Source: an uncultured Verrucomicrobiae bacterium
Lineage (GTDB): Bacteria > Verrucomicrobiota > Verrucomicrobiia > Chthoniobacterales > JAFAMB01
Assembly: GCA_963837955.1 (NCBI GenBank)
Contig: CAWIPH010000002.1
Coordinates: forward strand, 4,352,001-4,416,000
Reading direction: 5' to 3'
Length of the DNA: 64,000 nt
The translations under genes and the position numbers were made by a program. Below the pieces are notes generated by a model that was not told where the DNA came from, did not search any database, and was given only the letters and a program-made list of their open reading frames with translations. Positions 10,331-20,080 of this stretch are shown here, piece after piece (position 1 is the first letter of the stretch; each line of letters begins with the position of its first letter).

Positions 10331-10969
10331 CTAAGCTGCTTCTCCGAACACCGTGGCCATCGTTTGCAAGATTAATGCTCCTGAGGTCGCGCCAGCGTCC
10401 AGAACCCCTCGAGACCGCTCACCTAACCGGCTAGCACGACCGATTTTCGCAACGAGATCGCGCGTAGATTCTTTTCCGTTCTCCGCGGCCGCGGCCATTT
10501 GCGCCAAAGAATCCGGGAATGACGCCCCCCGAATAGCAGCCGCCTCGTACGCCGCCTCCGCTGGTATTAAAACGTCCATGATAGTTTTGTCACCTACCTT
10601 GGCTCCGCCCAATTCTTCGAGGCCGGTTCGAGCCGCTTGCAGCATTTCGCCAAATGCTTTTTCATCGATCTCCGGTTTGTCTTTTGCCAGGAGGCTCATT
10701 TGCAAAAAAAAAGTGCCATAGAGTGGGCCCATTGAGCCACCTATCTCAGTCAGCAACGTCTGACCGATTAGTGCCAGCCCTTCACTCACTGAGACATCTC
10801 GTTCACCCAATCGACTCTTAACCAACCCAAAACCCTTGGCCATATTGATCCCGTGGTCGCCGTCCCCGATCTTACCGTCGATCTCGCTGAGGTACGCTTT
10901 GTTCTCCTCGATCACCTGAACAAGCGCTAAAACCAATTTTCTACCTTCCGAATTCGGATAATTGGCCAT
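10331..10969 (-). CDS. dhaL: Dihydroxyacetone-kinase family L subunit (probably an erythrulose kinase subunit)
   Basis: IGDGDHGINM, GGSMGPLYG, GDKTIMD, GRASRLGERS and DAGATS motifs. Confidence 0.92.
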   Translation of the reverse strand: MANYPNSEGRKLVLALVQVIEENKAYLSEIDGKIGDGDHGINMAKGFGLVKSRLGERDVSVSEGLALIGQTLLTEIGGSMGPLYGTFFLQMSLLAKDKPEIDEKAFGEMLQAARTGLEELGGAKVGDKTIMDVLIPAEAAYEAAAIRGASFPDSLAQMAAAAENGKESTRDLVAKIGRASRLGERSRGVLDAGATSGALILQTMATVFGEAA

Positions 10970-10988
10970 TTGCTATTTATGATTCAGC

Positions 10989-12005
10989 TCACGCGGAAGC
11001 CGCCATCTGAGTGAGACCCATGCTATCGGCCTCCAGATCAATCAATGACCGAAGCTCGTTATCGAGTTTCATCACGGTAAAAGTGATTCCCATCATCTCG
11101 AGGGAGGTAAAGTAGTTGCCTACATAAGAACGATGCACCTTCACGTTTGCTTTGGCCAAGAGGTCATACATCTTGTTAAAAGCAATATAGAGTTCCATCA
11201 CGGGAGTCGCACCTAGCCCCGAGACGAGAACCACCACTTCGTCCCCCGCGCGGAATGGCAAATCAGGTAGGATATGATCAAGAGCAAGCGTGGCAATCTC
11301 ATCTGCCGATTTCAGGTCGCCAATTTCCACGCCAGGTTCTCCATGATGTCCGATGCCAAATTCCATTTTCCCTGGGTCGATGGAAAAATTCGGTTTGCCT
11401 ACGGCAGGAATCGTACATGGGGTCAGACCCACCCCAATACTCCGAGTATTGTCGATCGCTCTTTGAGCAACGGCGATTACCTCATCCAACGACCCGTTCA
11501 GAGCAGCCTTTGCCCCACCGACTTTCCACATCAAAACCTCGCCCGCGACGCCGCGCCGCTTCCCCGCCTCCGCTTTGGGTGCTGATGCGACATCGTCGTT
11601 CGCCACCACCGTTTTCACCTCGATTCCTTCAGCAGCCGCCAACTGTTTGGCCATCTTAACATTCATGTTATCGCCCGCGTAATTACCGTATAGACAGGCG
11701 ACCCCGGCGCCGGCGTTAGCCGCCTTGAACGCGTCCAGGAACGCTTGGGCAGACGGAGAACTAAAGATCTCACCCACCGCGACCGCGTCACATAAGTTTT
11801 TGCCGATGTAACCGATAAACGCGGGCTTGTGTCCAGACCCACCTCCGGTTACGACGCCGACTTTGCCTTTGACCGGCGCTTTGGCGTACTTCAAAACCCG
11901 AGAATTCTCTGGCACCGCCGCCACGCGATCCGGGTGAGCCTTCACAAATCCTTGGAGCATTTCTTCGACTACCAGATTTGGATCATTGATGATTCGTTGC
12001 ATCAC
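10989..12005 (-). CDS. dhaK: Dihydroxyacetone-kinase family K subunit (probably an erythrulose kinase subunit)
   Basis: GGGSGHKP, GEIFSSP, NYAGDNMN, GIGHHGEPG and TSLEM motifs. Confidence 0.92.
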   Translation of the reverse strand: MMQRIINDPNLVVEEMLQGFVKAHPDRVAAVPENSRVLKYAKAPVKGKVGVVTGGGSGHKPAFIGYIGKNLCDAVAVGEIFSSPSAQAFLDAFKAANAGAGVACLYGNYAGDNMNVKMAKQLAAAEGIEVKTVVANDDVASAPKAEAGKRRGVAGEVLMWKVGGAKAALNGSLDEVIAVAQRAIDNTRSIGVGLTPCTIPAVGKPNFSIDPGKMEFGIGHHGEPGVEIGDLKSADEIATLALDHILPDLPFRAGDEVVVLVSGLGATPVMELYIAFNKMYDLLAKANVKVHRSYVGNYFTSLEMMGITFTVMKLDNELRSLIDLEADSMGLTQMAASA

Positions 12006-12015
12006 TCTTTCGGGG

Positions 12016-12492
12016 TTAACCCTGTTGAAACTGTTTTTCGATCTCTTTTATCCGCGCCACCTTCGGAGTTGAGCGACCTCCTTGAAACTCCGACGCCAGC
12101 CAAATATCGACGAGTAGTTTGGCCAAGTCAGTGCCGACCACCCGGCCGCCCATCGTCATAATTTGGCAATCGTTACTCTTGCGGGAACGTTCCGCGGAAT
12201 ACGCATCATGGCAGACCGCGGCCCGGATTCCCGGGATTTTGTTTGCGGTGATGGCAACACCGATTCCCGTGCCGCACATCACAATGCCGCGGTCATGTTT
12301 TCCTGCCAGAATCGCTTCAGCTACTACCAAGGCTACGTCCGGGTAAAGTGTCTGAGAAGACGGATCAGCGATACCATAGTCCTCGACTGCAATACTTTGT
12401 GATTTCAGGTGTTCCACTATGGCCACCTTCAGGTGATACGCCGCGTCGTCTGCTCCGATCGCGATTGGCTTTACCGATGCATTCTTTTCCAT
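12016..12492 (-). CDS. rpiB: RpiB/LacA family isomerase (probably D-erythrulose-4-phosphate isomerase, DerI-like)
   Basis: CGTGIG, ANKIPGIRAA, RKSND and EFQGGRS motifs. Confidence 0.88.
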   Translation of the reverse strand: MEKNASVKPIAIGADDAAYHLKVAIVEHLKSQSIAVEDYGIADPSSQTLYPDVALVVAEAILAGKHDRGIVMCGTGIGVAITANKIPGIRAAVCHDAYSAERSRKSNDCQIMTMGGRVVGTDLAKLLVDIWLASEFQGGRSTPKVARIKEIEKQFQQG

Positions 12493-12578
12493 GAACGACT
12501 CCTGCGACGCTTAGTCCGTTCTCATCGCCGCGCGAGTTGGGACGTTCCCAACTCGCCTTTAACTCCAGCGGAAGTTGA

Positions 12579-13715
12579 TTACGGCACTAAGAGAATCTTG
12601 AGCGAGTTCTCGCCCTTCTTCATCATCTCAAGGCCTTTCTCATACTCTTCCAGCGGTAACTGATGGGTGACCACGCCGCGGGTAGGCAAGCGGCCGTCTC
12701 CGATCGCGTCGATCACGAACGGATAGCAGTAAGGCCCGAGATGTACACCTAACACATCTAACTGCTTGCGATCGGAAATGATGCTCCAGTCGACGGTGAC
12801 ATCGTGCGAGAAGACGCTAAACTCGACGAACCGGCCAAGTTTTCGAATCATCTGCAATCCCTGAACAACTGCATTCGGGTGGCCGGTAGCTTCGATGTAA
12901 ATATCGCAGCCATATCCGCCCGTCATCTCTTTAACAATCTTGACGACGTCATCCTCGAGTGGGTTTAGAACCATGTCTGCGCCAAACTCTTTCGCGAGTT
13001 TCAGCCGTTCCGGCTTGACGTCCAAAACCACTAATTTCTTTGGGTTTCGCAGTCTCGCTGCCCCTACCATTCCGAGACCAAGCGTACCCGCGCCGGCCTG
13101 GACAACTACGTCATCCCAGCCGATCTGGGCTCGCTTAATACACCACGCCGAGCAGGCGTAGGGCTCGACTAAAATGGCCTTTTCGATCGGCAGATCCTCT
13201 GGTACGTGGTGGTTGATTCCTTCTTTGGGATACCGCATGTATTCAGCAAAGCCGCCGTTCACATTGTTCTGAAACCCGTAAACATCGTGCTTCTCACACA
13301 TCCAGTACTCGCCGCGCTTGCAGAATCGACACTCCCAGCAAGGCACGATCTGTTCTGAGATGAGGCGGTCACCAATCTTTACCTCTCCGCGCTTGGCCAC
13401 GTTCTCCCCCATCTCAACTACGTGGCCCAGAAATTCGTGCCCAGGAATCATCGGCGCTTTGATATAAGGCGGTTGACCATTTCCGCCCCAAAACGATTCG
13501 GCGCCTACGTACGATTTAATATCTCCGGCACAAATGCCGCAGGCCTCAACTTTGACGATAATATCATCAGCACCGGCGCGCGGCACCGGCACTTCTTCTA
13601 GCCTATAATCACCAGGCGCGTAGGCAACTACCGCCCGCATAGTTTTAGGTAGATCTTCTTTTGATGTAGCCGCGCGAGAGGCGGGTGCTGAAACTTCGAG
13701 TGTTTGGGGGTTCAT
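12579..13715 (-). CDS. Zn-dependent polyol dehydrogenase (erythritol/L-threitol dehydrogenase EltD-like)
   Basis: CGICAGD, GHEF, CWECRFCKRGEYWMC and GAGTLG motifs; sits beside rpiB and dhaKL. Confidence 0.85.
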   Translation of the reverse strand: MNPQTLEVSAPASRAATSKEDLPKTMRAVVAYAPGDYRLEEVPVPRAGADDIIVKVEACGICAGDIKSYVGAESFWGGNGQPPYIKAPMIPGHEFLGHVVEMGENVAKRGEVKIGDRLISEQIVPCWECRFCKRGEYWMCEKHDVYGFQNNVNGGFAEYMRYPKEGINHHVPEDLPIEKAILVEPYACSAWCIKRAQIGWDDVVVQAGAGTLGLGMVGAARLRNPKKLVVLDVKPERLKLAKEFGADMVLNPLEDDVVKIVKEMTGGYGCDIYIEATGHPNAVVQGLQMIRKLGRFVEFSVFSHDVTVDWSIISDRKQLDVLGVHLGPYCYPFVIDAIGDGRLPTRGVVTHQLPLEEYEKGLEMMKKGENSLKILLVP

Positions 13716-13793
13716 ATTAGCTCTCCAATTTTTTGTTTTTGAAACATTTCATCGCAAACGTGACCGGCAACCTAACTTTTCGAAAAAATCCAC

Positions 13794-14942
13794 TCATGGA
13801 AGATGGGCCTGGACCTCGCCCCTATCTCGCAGACTGTCTAAATCTCGCCCTTTTTCGCTTTCGGATAGTCGCGCCCCGTTTTTCACATCGAAGAGATTTA
13901 GATCTTCATCATTAAAAGTGAGATATACCTGCTGGCCCGGTTGGTAGCGTCGCGTTACCGGGATACTCGACATAAGAAGGATCTCTCCATATCTCACACC
14001 GACTCGAGTCTCATCTCCCAGGTTCTCCACGACGGTAACCTTTCCAGCGACGCTGCCCTCCGCGGGAGTCGGACTGATCCGAATCCCCCAAGGACGAATG
14101 CCAAGTTTTACTTCGCTTCGCGCGCCCAGGCGTTCCTCCAAGAATGGATTGAGCGGAAGGGCAAATTCCGTGTCCGGAATGATCAGCCGACCGGAGTCAA
14201 CCACTGCCCGAAAGATATTCATCGGAGGCTCCCCCAGGAAACCTGCGACGAACTCGTTTGCCGGGTGATTGAACACTTCCAGCGGCGTATCAAACTGTTG
14301 AAGCTTACCTTCGTTCATCACGGCGATTCTATCCGCCAGTGCCATGGCCTCTAACTGATCATGGGTGACTATGACGGTGGTAAACCGCCGCTCGGCGTGC
14401 AGACGCTTAATCTCGGTACGCAACTCCACCCGAAGGCGCGCATCGAGATGGCTGAGTGGCTCATCGAGCAATAGAACAGCTGGCCGTCGAACCATTGCCC
14501 GAGCCATATTAACACGTTGTTTTTGCCCACTGCTGAGAGCGATTGGCTTAAGATCAAGCAATTCCTCGATACGAAGTGTCCGAGCGATTTCGGCCACCCT
14601 TTTCGTGATCTCTTTAGCGTTCATCCCATGCGCTTTGAGGTTAAATGCCAAGTTCTCCCGGACCTTAAGCGGTGGATAGAGAGCATAATTTTCAAACGCT
14701 AATCCGACTCCTCGATCCTTCGGATGCACCCGATTTACCAGTTTGCTGCCCACCCGGATCTCTCCATCCGTCACCGACTCGAGCCCGGCAACCATCCGAA
14801 GCGTTGTGGATTTCCCACAGCCAGAGGGACCGAGCAACGCCACAAACTCCCCGTCTTTGATCGCGAGATCGAGCTGGTCCACCGCGGGCGGCTGGGCCGG
14901 TGTATAAGACTTCGTCAGTCTTTTCAACACGAGTTCAGACAT
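13794..14942 (-). CDS. Carbohydrate ABC transporter ATP-binding subunit
   Basis: GPSGCGKS, LSSGQKQR, LLLDEPLS and VTHDQ motifs; TOBE-like tail. Confidence 0.93.
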   Translation of the reverse strand: MSELVLKRLTKSYTPAQPPAVDQLDLAIKDGEFVALLGPSGCGKSTTLRMVAGLESVTDGEIRVGSKLVNRVHPKDRGVGLAFENYALYPPLKVRENLAFNLKAHGMNAKEITKRVAEIARTLRIEELLDLKPIALSSGQKQRVNMARAMVRRPAVLLLDEPLSHLDARLRVELRTEIKRLHAERRFTTVIVTHDQLEAMALADRIAVMNEGKLQQFDTPLEVFNHPANEFVAGFLGEPPMNIFRAVVDSGRLIIPDTEFALPLNPFLEERLGARSEVKLGIRPWGIRISPTPAEGSVAGKVTVVENLGDETRVGVRYGEILLMSSIPVTRRYQPGQQVYLTFNDEDLNLFDVKNGARLSESEKGRDLDSLRDRGEVQAHLP

Positions 14943-16074
14943 TGGAAAACTCCTCCGCTGTCTGAGCCGAGCGCGCTAGATATTCCGCGCTGCCCGGATC
15001 AAAAAAGATTAGCGCCGTTGTTGGGACGTTGAAATTGATTCGCCGATCCACCTCAAATGTTCGGTGACCGTCGACCAGGGCCCGGACACGCTGGCCTCCT
15101 ACCGAATCGATCGTGACCACCGATTTTGTACCAAGAGGCTCGAAGCTGTAGACGACACCCCTGAAAGCCGTTTTACTGTCGCTCGAAATCTCCACGTCAG
15201 CGGGACGAAAGCCAACTTGGACCGTACCACTTGAGAGACCTTCTAACGCCCGATCGATATCTTCCGGAACCGAGACATTCCAGTCTTCGCCCAGCATCTG
15301 AAAACGAACGGCCTCACGACTCTTACTTTTAACCTTCGCTTCGACGATGTTAATTTCCGGATCTCCAAAGAGCTGGGCGACCTCGACGCTGGCCGGCCGG
15401 AAATAAACCTCTTCTGGAGCGCCTATTTGCAGAATCTGACCATGGTTGATCACAGCGACCCGATCGCCTAGGCTCATCGCTTCCAGGTAATCATGGGTGA
15501 CGTAAATCGTGGTTGTCCCGAGCTGACCGCGCATCTCTTTGAGTTCGGCCCGCATCGAATGTCTCAATTTGGCGTCCAGGTGACTGAGTGGTTCGTCCAT
15601 CAGAAATACGTCCGGGCGCCGCACCAATGCTCGTCCTAGCGCAGTCCTTTGTCGCTGACCATTGCTCAGTGCCTGGATCGGACGGTTAAGCAGGTGGTCG
15701 ATCTTGAGCATTTCTGCAAAATGCCGTACGCGCCGCTCGACCTCTTCCGAGGGAAGTCGATGTTTGGGGCTTTTCAGCGGGAAAGCCATATTCTGATAAA
15801 CGGTAAACTGCGGATACAGCGCGTAACTCTCAAAAACCATTGCGACGTTTCGGTCTGCCGGCTCCAGCGAATCTACCAATCTGCTTCCGATCCGGATCGA
15901 TCCTTGATTAGGAGTTACAATGCCCGCGATCAGGTTAAGAGTCGTCGTTTTCCCGGCTCCAGCTGGACCGAACACAGTCAAAAACTCTTGATCGGGAATA
16001 TCTAATGAAACGTTCTCAACGCCTCGTCGCTTCCCGTAGAATTTAGTTAGTCCAGTTAGCTGAACACTCGCCAT
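14935..16074 (-). CDS. Carbohydrate ABC transporter ATP-binding subunit
   Basis: GPAGAGKT, LSNGQRQR, FLMDEPLS and VTHD motifs. Confidence 0.93.
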   Translation of the reverse strand: MASVQLTGLTKFYGKRRGVENVSLDIPDQEFLTVFGPAGAGKTTTLNLIAGIVTPNQGSIRIGSRLVDSLEPADRNVAMVFESYALYPQFTVYQNMAFPLKSPKHRLPSEEVERRVRHFAEMLKIDHLLNRPIQALSNGQRQRTALGRALVRRPDVFLMDEPLSHLDAKLRHSMRAELKEMRGQLGTTTIYVTHDYLEAMSLGDRVAVINHGQILQIGAPEEVYFRPASVEVAQLFGDPEINIVEAKVKSKSREAVRFQMLGEDWNVSVPEDIDRALEGLSSGTVQVGFRPADVEISSDSKTAFRGVVYSFEPLGTKSVVTIDSVGGQRVRALVDGHRTFEVDRRINFNVPTTALIFFDPGSAEYLARSAQTAEEFSNV

Positions 16075-16087
16075 AACAAAAAATAAA

Positions 16088-16918
16088 TCAGCCTTTTACC
16101 GCTCCAAATGATAGTCCACGCACAAGATGTTTCTGTATTAACAAGGCCAGGATAACTTCCGGAAGCGCAGAAATGGCTGCGGCTGCCGCCACCTGACCAT
16201 AGTGAACCGTGTCGGAGGCGAGATACCGAAGAGCGATGACCGTCGAAGTTTGAACGTTATTTGAAAGCAGCAACGGGAAGGTGAACGCATTCCAAGCGAA
16301 GATGAAGCAGAGCAGCCCGGCCGCAACCAACCCAGGTTTGACCAGCGGTAAGAGAACCTGAAGAAACACCTGCCACCAGCTGTATCCGTCGAGTTGCGCC
16401 GCAGCTTCAATATCGGGCGAAATGTCTTCAAAGAAACCACGCAAGATCCAGATCAGAAGCGGGAGTGTGATGAGCTGATAAACCCAAATCAATCCCAAGT
16501 AGGTATCGTAAAGACCTAACCGCTGGTAAATCAGGTAGAGCGGGAGAATGACCAGGATTTCCGGTGCGAAACGGAAAGATAGGATCGTGAACGCGATATC
16601 CTCTTTCAGTTTGAACTGGAACCGAGCGAGAGCGTAGGCGGCTGGCACACCCACCACCAGAGAAACCAGGACCGCTGCCACGCTAACAATGAGATTGTTG
16701 CAAAAGAACTTCATGTAATCGGATTGAAGAACGGTAGCGTAGTTCTCCAGCGTGGGCGTGAAAATGAATGTCGTCGTCAACATCTGGCTGTCTGGCTTGA
16801 GCGACATAATCACCATCCAGAGCAAAGGGAAAAGTGCGAAAAGCGCGTAGATCAAAAGCAAGATCATCTGAATCGCCTTACCGATTCCAGCCAGGGGCGA
16901 GTTAGTGCGCTGTATCAT
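16088..16918 (-). CDS. Carbohydrate ABC permease (MalG-like)
   Basis: Six TM segments; EAAAQLDG EAA loop. Confidence 0.93.
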   Translation of the reverse strand: MIQRTNSPLAGIGKAIQMILLLIYALFALFPLLWMVIMSLKPDSQMLTTTFIFTPTLENYATVLQSDYMKFFCNNLIVSVAAVLVSLVVGVPAAYALARFQFKLKEDIAFTILSFRFAPEILVILPLYLIYQRLGLYDTYLGLIWVYQLITLPLLIWILRGFFEDISPDIEAAAQLDGYSWWQVFLQVLLPLVKPGLVAAGLLCFIFAWNAFTFPLLLSNNVQTSTVIALRYLASDTVHYGQVAAAAAISALPEVILALLIQKHLVRGLSFGAVKG

Positions 16919-16945
16919 AAGTGTATCGCGTTTCCCCGATGAAGG

Positions 16946-17101
16946 ATCGTCCTCGTCGTCGTGCTCGTCCTCGAAAGAAAGGACGCTAGATGGATAAAGC
17001 GGTAGAGGCTTTTGACCACCAAAGAAGAACTTTCTTGGACAAGATCAACATCGGCGCTCCGCAATACCTGTTCGCCCGCACAGTCTATCGAGAACGAGGA
17101 C
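16946..17101. repeat. Intergenic repeat element (TCGTCC/TCGTGC family) between the two permease genes
   Basis: atcgtcctcgtcgtcgtgctcgtcctcgaaag (16946-16977) matches 38107-38138 at 31/32; partial inverted partner tcgagaacgaggac at 17088-17101. Confidence 0.75.
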
Positions 17102-17237
17102 AGCCTGCCCGCCAGAGTCCCGCCGACAAGTGCAATGCAAAACAACAATGCGTCCGCGAGACGACGGCGGGACCGCGAAGAGGCCTCGAGGTTTCGGCCG
17201 TACCGCGTGGTATCTGTGTGATAAATAGATTCCATCT

Positions 17238-18203
17238 CTAAGCAACTCCGGCGGCACGTTGTTGAGCTCTTCTCCAAAAGCCTATCAGGACAAAGCTTAC
17301 CAGATAAACCAAGACCCAGAGAAACAGCATCATCGGAATCGCCTCCGCCAAACCGTAGAATGGAAAGGCTCGATTATACGCCTGGAGCGAAAGGCTCATG
17401 GTAGAATCTCCCGGACCACCTTCGGTCAATGCAAAAATAATGCTGAATTCCTGAAGCGATAACATCAGCCGGAACACCAAGGTGATCAGCAGCACTGGTG
17501 TTAGCATCGGCAAGGTTAGGTTCTTAAAGACGAACCAAGGTGAACCACCATCGATAAGTGCTGCTTCATACGGGGACCTCGGCAACGACCTAAGGCCGGC
17601 TAGAATCAGGATGATGACGAAAGGCGTATAAACCCAGGCGTCTACCACAACCAAAGAAAACATGGCTGTGTCGGGTGAAGCGCCCCACTTGAAATCTCCC
17701 AAGCCAAGCATCTCCATCGGCTGCCGAAGAATTCCGACAGAAGGGTTCGTCATCAATTTCCAGATGAGCGTGCCGATAACCGGCGCAATCATCAGCGGAA
17801 AAATGAGTACGATCCGCAGAAACTTGGAAAGGAAGTTTTCGTCATTGAGCAGAAGCGCGACGCCAACGCCGAGCAACATTTCGACGGCAGTGCAGAAAAA
17901 AGCGTATTGAATGGTAATCCAGAGTGAATGCCAGAAGTCGGCACTCTGGAACATGGTCGCGTAATTATCGAAACCGATCAGCGAGAATTCGCTGTTGTTG
18001 AGACTATAATCTGTAAAGGAAAGATAGATCGCCGCAACAAACGGGACCAAAATGCCAAGGGTCAGAATCAGGGTCGGCGCCAGGACCAAATAAGGGCGAA
18101 ACCTACGTCTTCGGGCGTACGCAGCGGCTCCGGTCGAATGGCTTGTATCTTGCGGTGGCTGTCCTGTCGGACGGCTTGGGGTGGAGGCAACGGTGGTACT
18201 CAT
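17238..18203 (-). CDS. Carbohydrate ABC permease (MalF-like)
   Basis: Multiple TM segments; YEAALIDGG EAA loop; LTEGGPG. Confidence 0.93.
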   Translation of the reverse strand: MSTTVASTPSRPTGQPPQDTSHSTGAAAYARRRRFRPYLVLAPTLILTLGILVPFVAAIYLSFTDYSLNNSEFSLIGFDNYATMFQSADFWHSLWITIQYAFFCTAVEMLLGVGVALLLNDENFLSKFLRIVLIFPLMIAPVIGTLIWKLMTNPSVGILRQPMEMLGLGDFKWGASPDTAMFSLVVVDAWVYTPFVIILILAGLRSLPRSPYEAALIDGGSPWFVFKNLTLPMLTPVLLITLVFRLMLSLQEFSIIFALTEGGPGDSTMSLSLQAYNRAFPFYGLAEAIPMMLFLWVLVYLVSFVLIGFWRRAQQRAAGVA

Positions 18204-18366
18204 CCGCGAAAATTCATAGCTTTGTCACGTATCGCATTCGGATATGTTTCTCGTTTCCTCCTGACGCGAGCCCAAATCTCGCTCCGACCTCGTTTTGAGT
18301 AAAATCTTTTGCCTAATACCGAAGAGCGCTGGGTCCCAGATAGATCCAGCGCTCGGCAGAGCAAAA

Positions 18367-19776
18367 CTACTGAGTCGCTGCTGTCTTTTGTGGCTGATCG
18401 AGCTTCAGCTTAGATGTTTTCGCAGTAATTCGTTTGGCCAGGTCCGTCATGGCCGACTTTGGATCAGCGCCAGATAGCACAATCTTCTGCAGCGTCGCGG
18501 CCCATTCTGTCGTGGACTCAGAGAAGTAGGGCTGCGGCGTGAACTTGACGCTCGTATTCGCAATGATCGTATTAAACGTATCAAGGTAGCCCGGCATCTT
18601 TGCCATCACGGCCTGGAAATCGGTATTATCCCAGATCGATTTGCGAGGTGGATCAACTACGCTGGCGTTGATAGCCGCCCAAGTTCCGTGCTCTTTTCCC
18701 GTAAAATATTGTACGAAAAGCCAGGCTGCCTTCTTGCTCTTCGACGACTTGTTGATGGCGACTTGCCAGATCCATTCGTTGGCTCCCACCGGGTCCCCTT
18801 CCTTCATCACAGGAGGTGGCGAGTAAGCGATGTTGCCGGCCTGGGCTGAACCGCCCGGGACATTCTGGAAGTAGCCGAGGATATCCGCGTCGAATAGAAT
18901 CGCAGCTTTGCCCGCGCCAAAGTCGGCTCCGCATTGATACCAGGTATAATTCGACCAGGCTGGTGGACCCGCGTCCTTGACCAGTTGCGCCCAGAGCTTG
19001 GTGACTTCAACTGATTTTGGTTCGGCTAAGTCGGAGACCAACTTTCCATCTTTGATTTCGAAATCCTTGGCTCCGGCGTTAGTGAACGTAGTCATGTAGC
19101 CAGGGTGGATGGTCGCCCAGTTTCGCGTGCCGCGGACAGCGACTCCGTATGAGCCTGTACCCGCCCAGCCTTTGAGCCCCTTCGCCAGTTTATAGAGTTC
19201 ATCGAATGTCTTTGGCGGTTTCAGTCCTTTCTCGTCGAAGTATTTTTTGTTGTAAGCAATAATATTCGTCTCAAAGCCGAGCGGGAGTGCCCATTGACTA
19301 CCCGTGCCGGTGGGATGACCGGGGACGAGGTCCCATTTACCGCCGTTACGAACGCCCTCAAAGATATCTGTGTAATCATAACCGGGGTTAGTCTGGCCCG
19401 GATCCTTCAAGTACCCATCGAGGGGCTCCATGTAACCAGCTGTGGCGTAATCCCAAAGCTGGTAGGTTCCGGTCATGAACACGTCCGGGGTGCCATTTTT
19501 CGAGGCGAGCGCGGCAGTCAGCTTGTCGAAATAATTTTCCTCGGGAGTTTCCGAGGTTTCGACATCGATACCGGTCAGGTCCTTGAATTCCTGCAGCCGT
19601 TTAATAATGGCGTCAGCGTAAGGATGCTTATTAAGCATCACGACTAACTTGGTTCCGGACGCTTGTTTCCAATCGAAGTTAGTTTGGGCTCTAACGCCGC
19701 CCAGGGAAAGGAGCGCCAGGGTAACCACTACCGCCGATCGTACGATCAACGGAATCTTGGGGGAACGATCTTTCAT
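18367..19776 (-). CDS. Carbohydrate ABC substrate-binding protein
   Basis: Signal peptide (likely start MKDRSPK at 19776) followed by FDWKQASG; SBP_bac_1-like; first gene of the operon. Confidence 0.9.
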   Translation of the reverse strand: MKDRSPKIPLIVRSAVVVTLALLSLGGVRAQTNFDWKQASGTKLVVMLNKHPYADAIIKRLQEFKDLTGIDVETSETPEENYFDKLTAALASKNGTPDVFMTGTYQLWDYATAGYMEPLDGYLKDPGQTNPGYDYTDIFEGVRNGGKWDLVPGHPTGTGSQWALPLGFETNIIAYNKKYFDEKGLKPPKTFDELYKLAKGLKGWAGTGSYGVAVRGTRNWATIHPGYMTTFTNAGAKDFEIKDGKLVSDLAEPKSVEVTKLWAQLVKDAGPPAWSNYTWYQCGADFGAGKAAILFDADILGYFQNVPGGSAQAGNIAYSPPPVMKEGDPVGANEWIWQVAINKSSKSKKAAWLFVQYFTGKEHGTWAAINASVVDPPRKSIWDNTDFQAVMAKMPGYLDTFNTIIANTSVKFTPQPYFSESTTEWAATLQKIVLSGADPKSAMTDLAKRITAKTSKLKLDQPQKTAATQ

Positions 19777-19891
19777 ATGATTCTGAAGTAATTTGCTCTG
19801 GGGATTCAGCCCCAAAAACCGCGATCTGATTTGGGGTTTCATCCCCGAACCAGTATTCCCGGCAGATTAAACAGTTCGGATCGTCACGCAA

Positions 19892-19924
19892 GAACTTTTG
19901 TGCAGTGCTATGAACTTTTGTACA
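19892..19924. promoter_or_regulatory. Probable tandem operator for the SorC-family regulator
   Basis: gaacttttgtgca and tgaacttttgtaca, a direct repeat with 20-bp period, each quasi-palindromic, between the divergent SBP and regulator genes. Confidence 0.55.
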
Positions 19925-20080
19925 CATAGCCGGAATAAAATTACTGTTACCTGAGGGCCTGGCGCGCGAGCCGTTGATGAGATTGTCGGAAAGCCTCACT
20001 TCTCACTCGCAAATATCTGGTGGTGCGCATAGATCTTTACAGCCGGCTTCGATTAGGCTGCCGCGCAGCGATCAAAAAAA

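Noticed and set aside
16915..17277. 120-aa ORF between the permease genes
   Set aside because: It overlaps both neighbours and translates repeat DNA (RTSTTTRT), so it is probably spurious.
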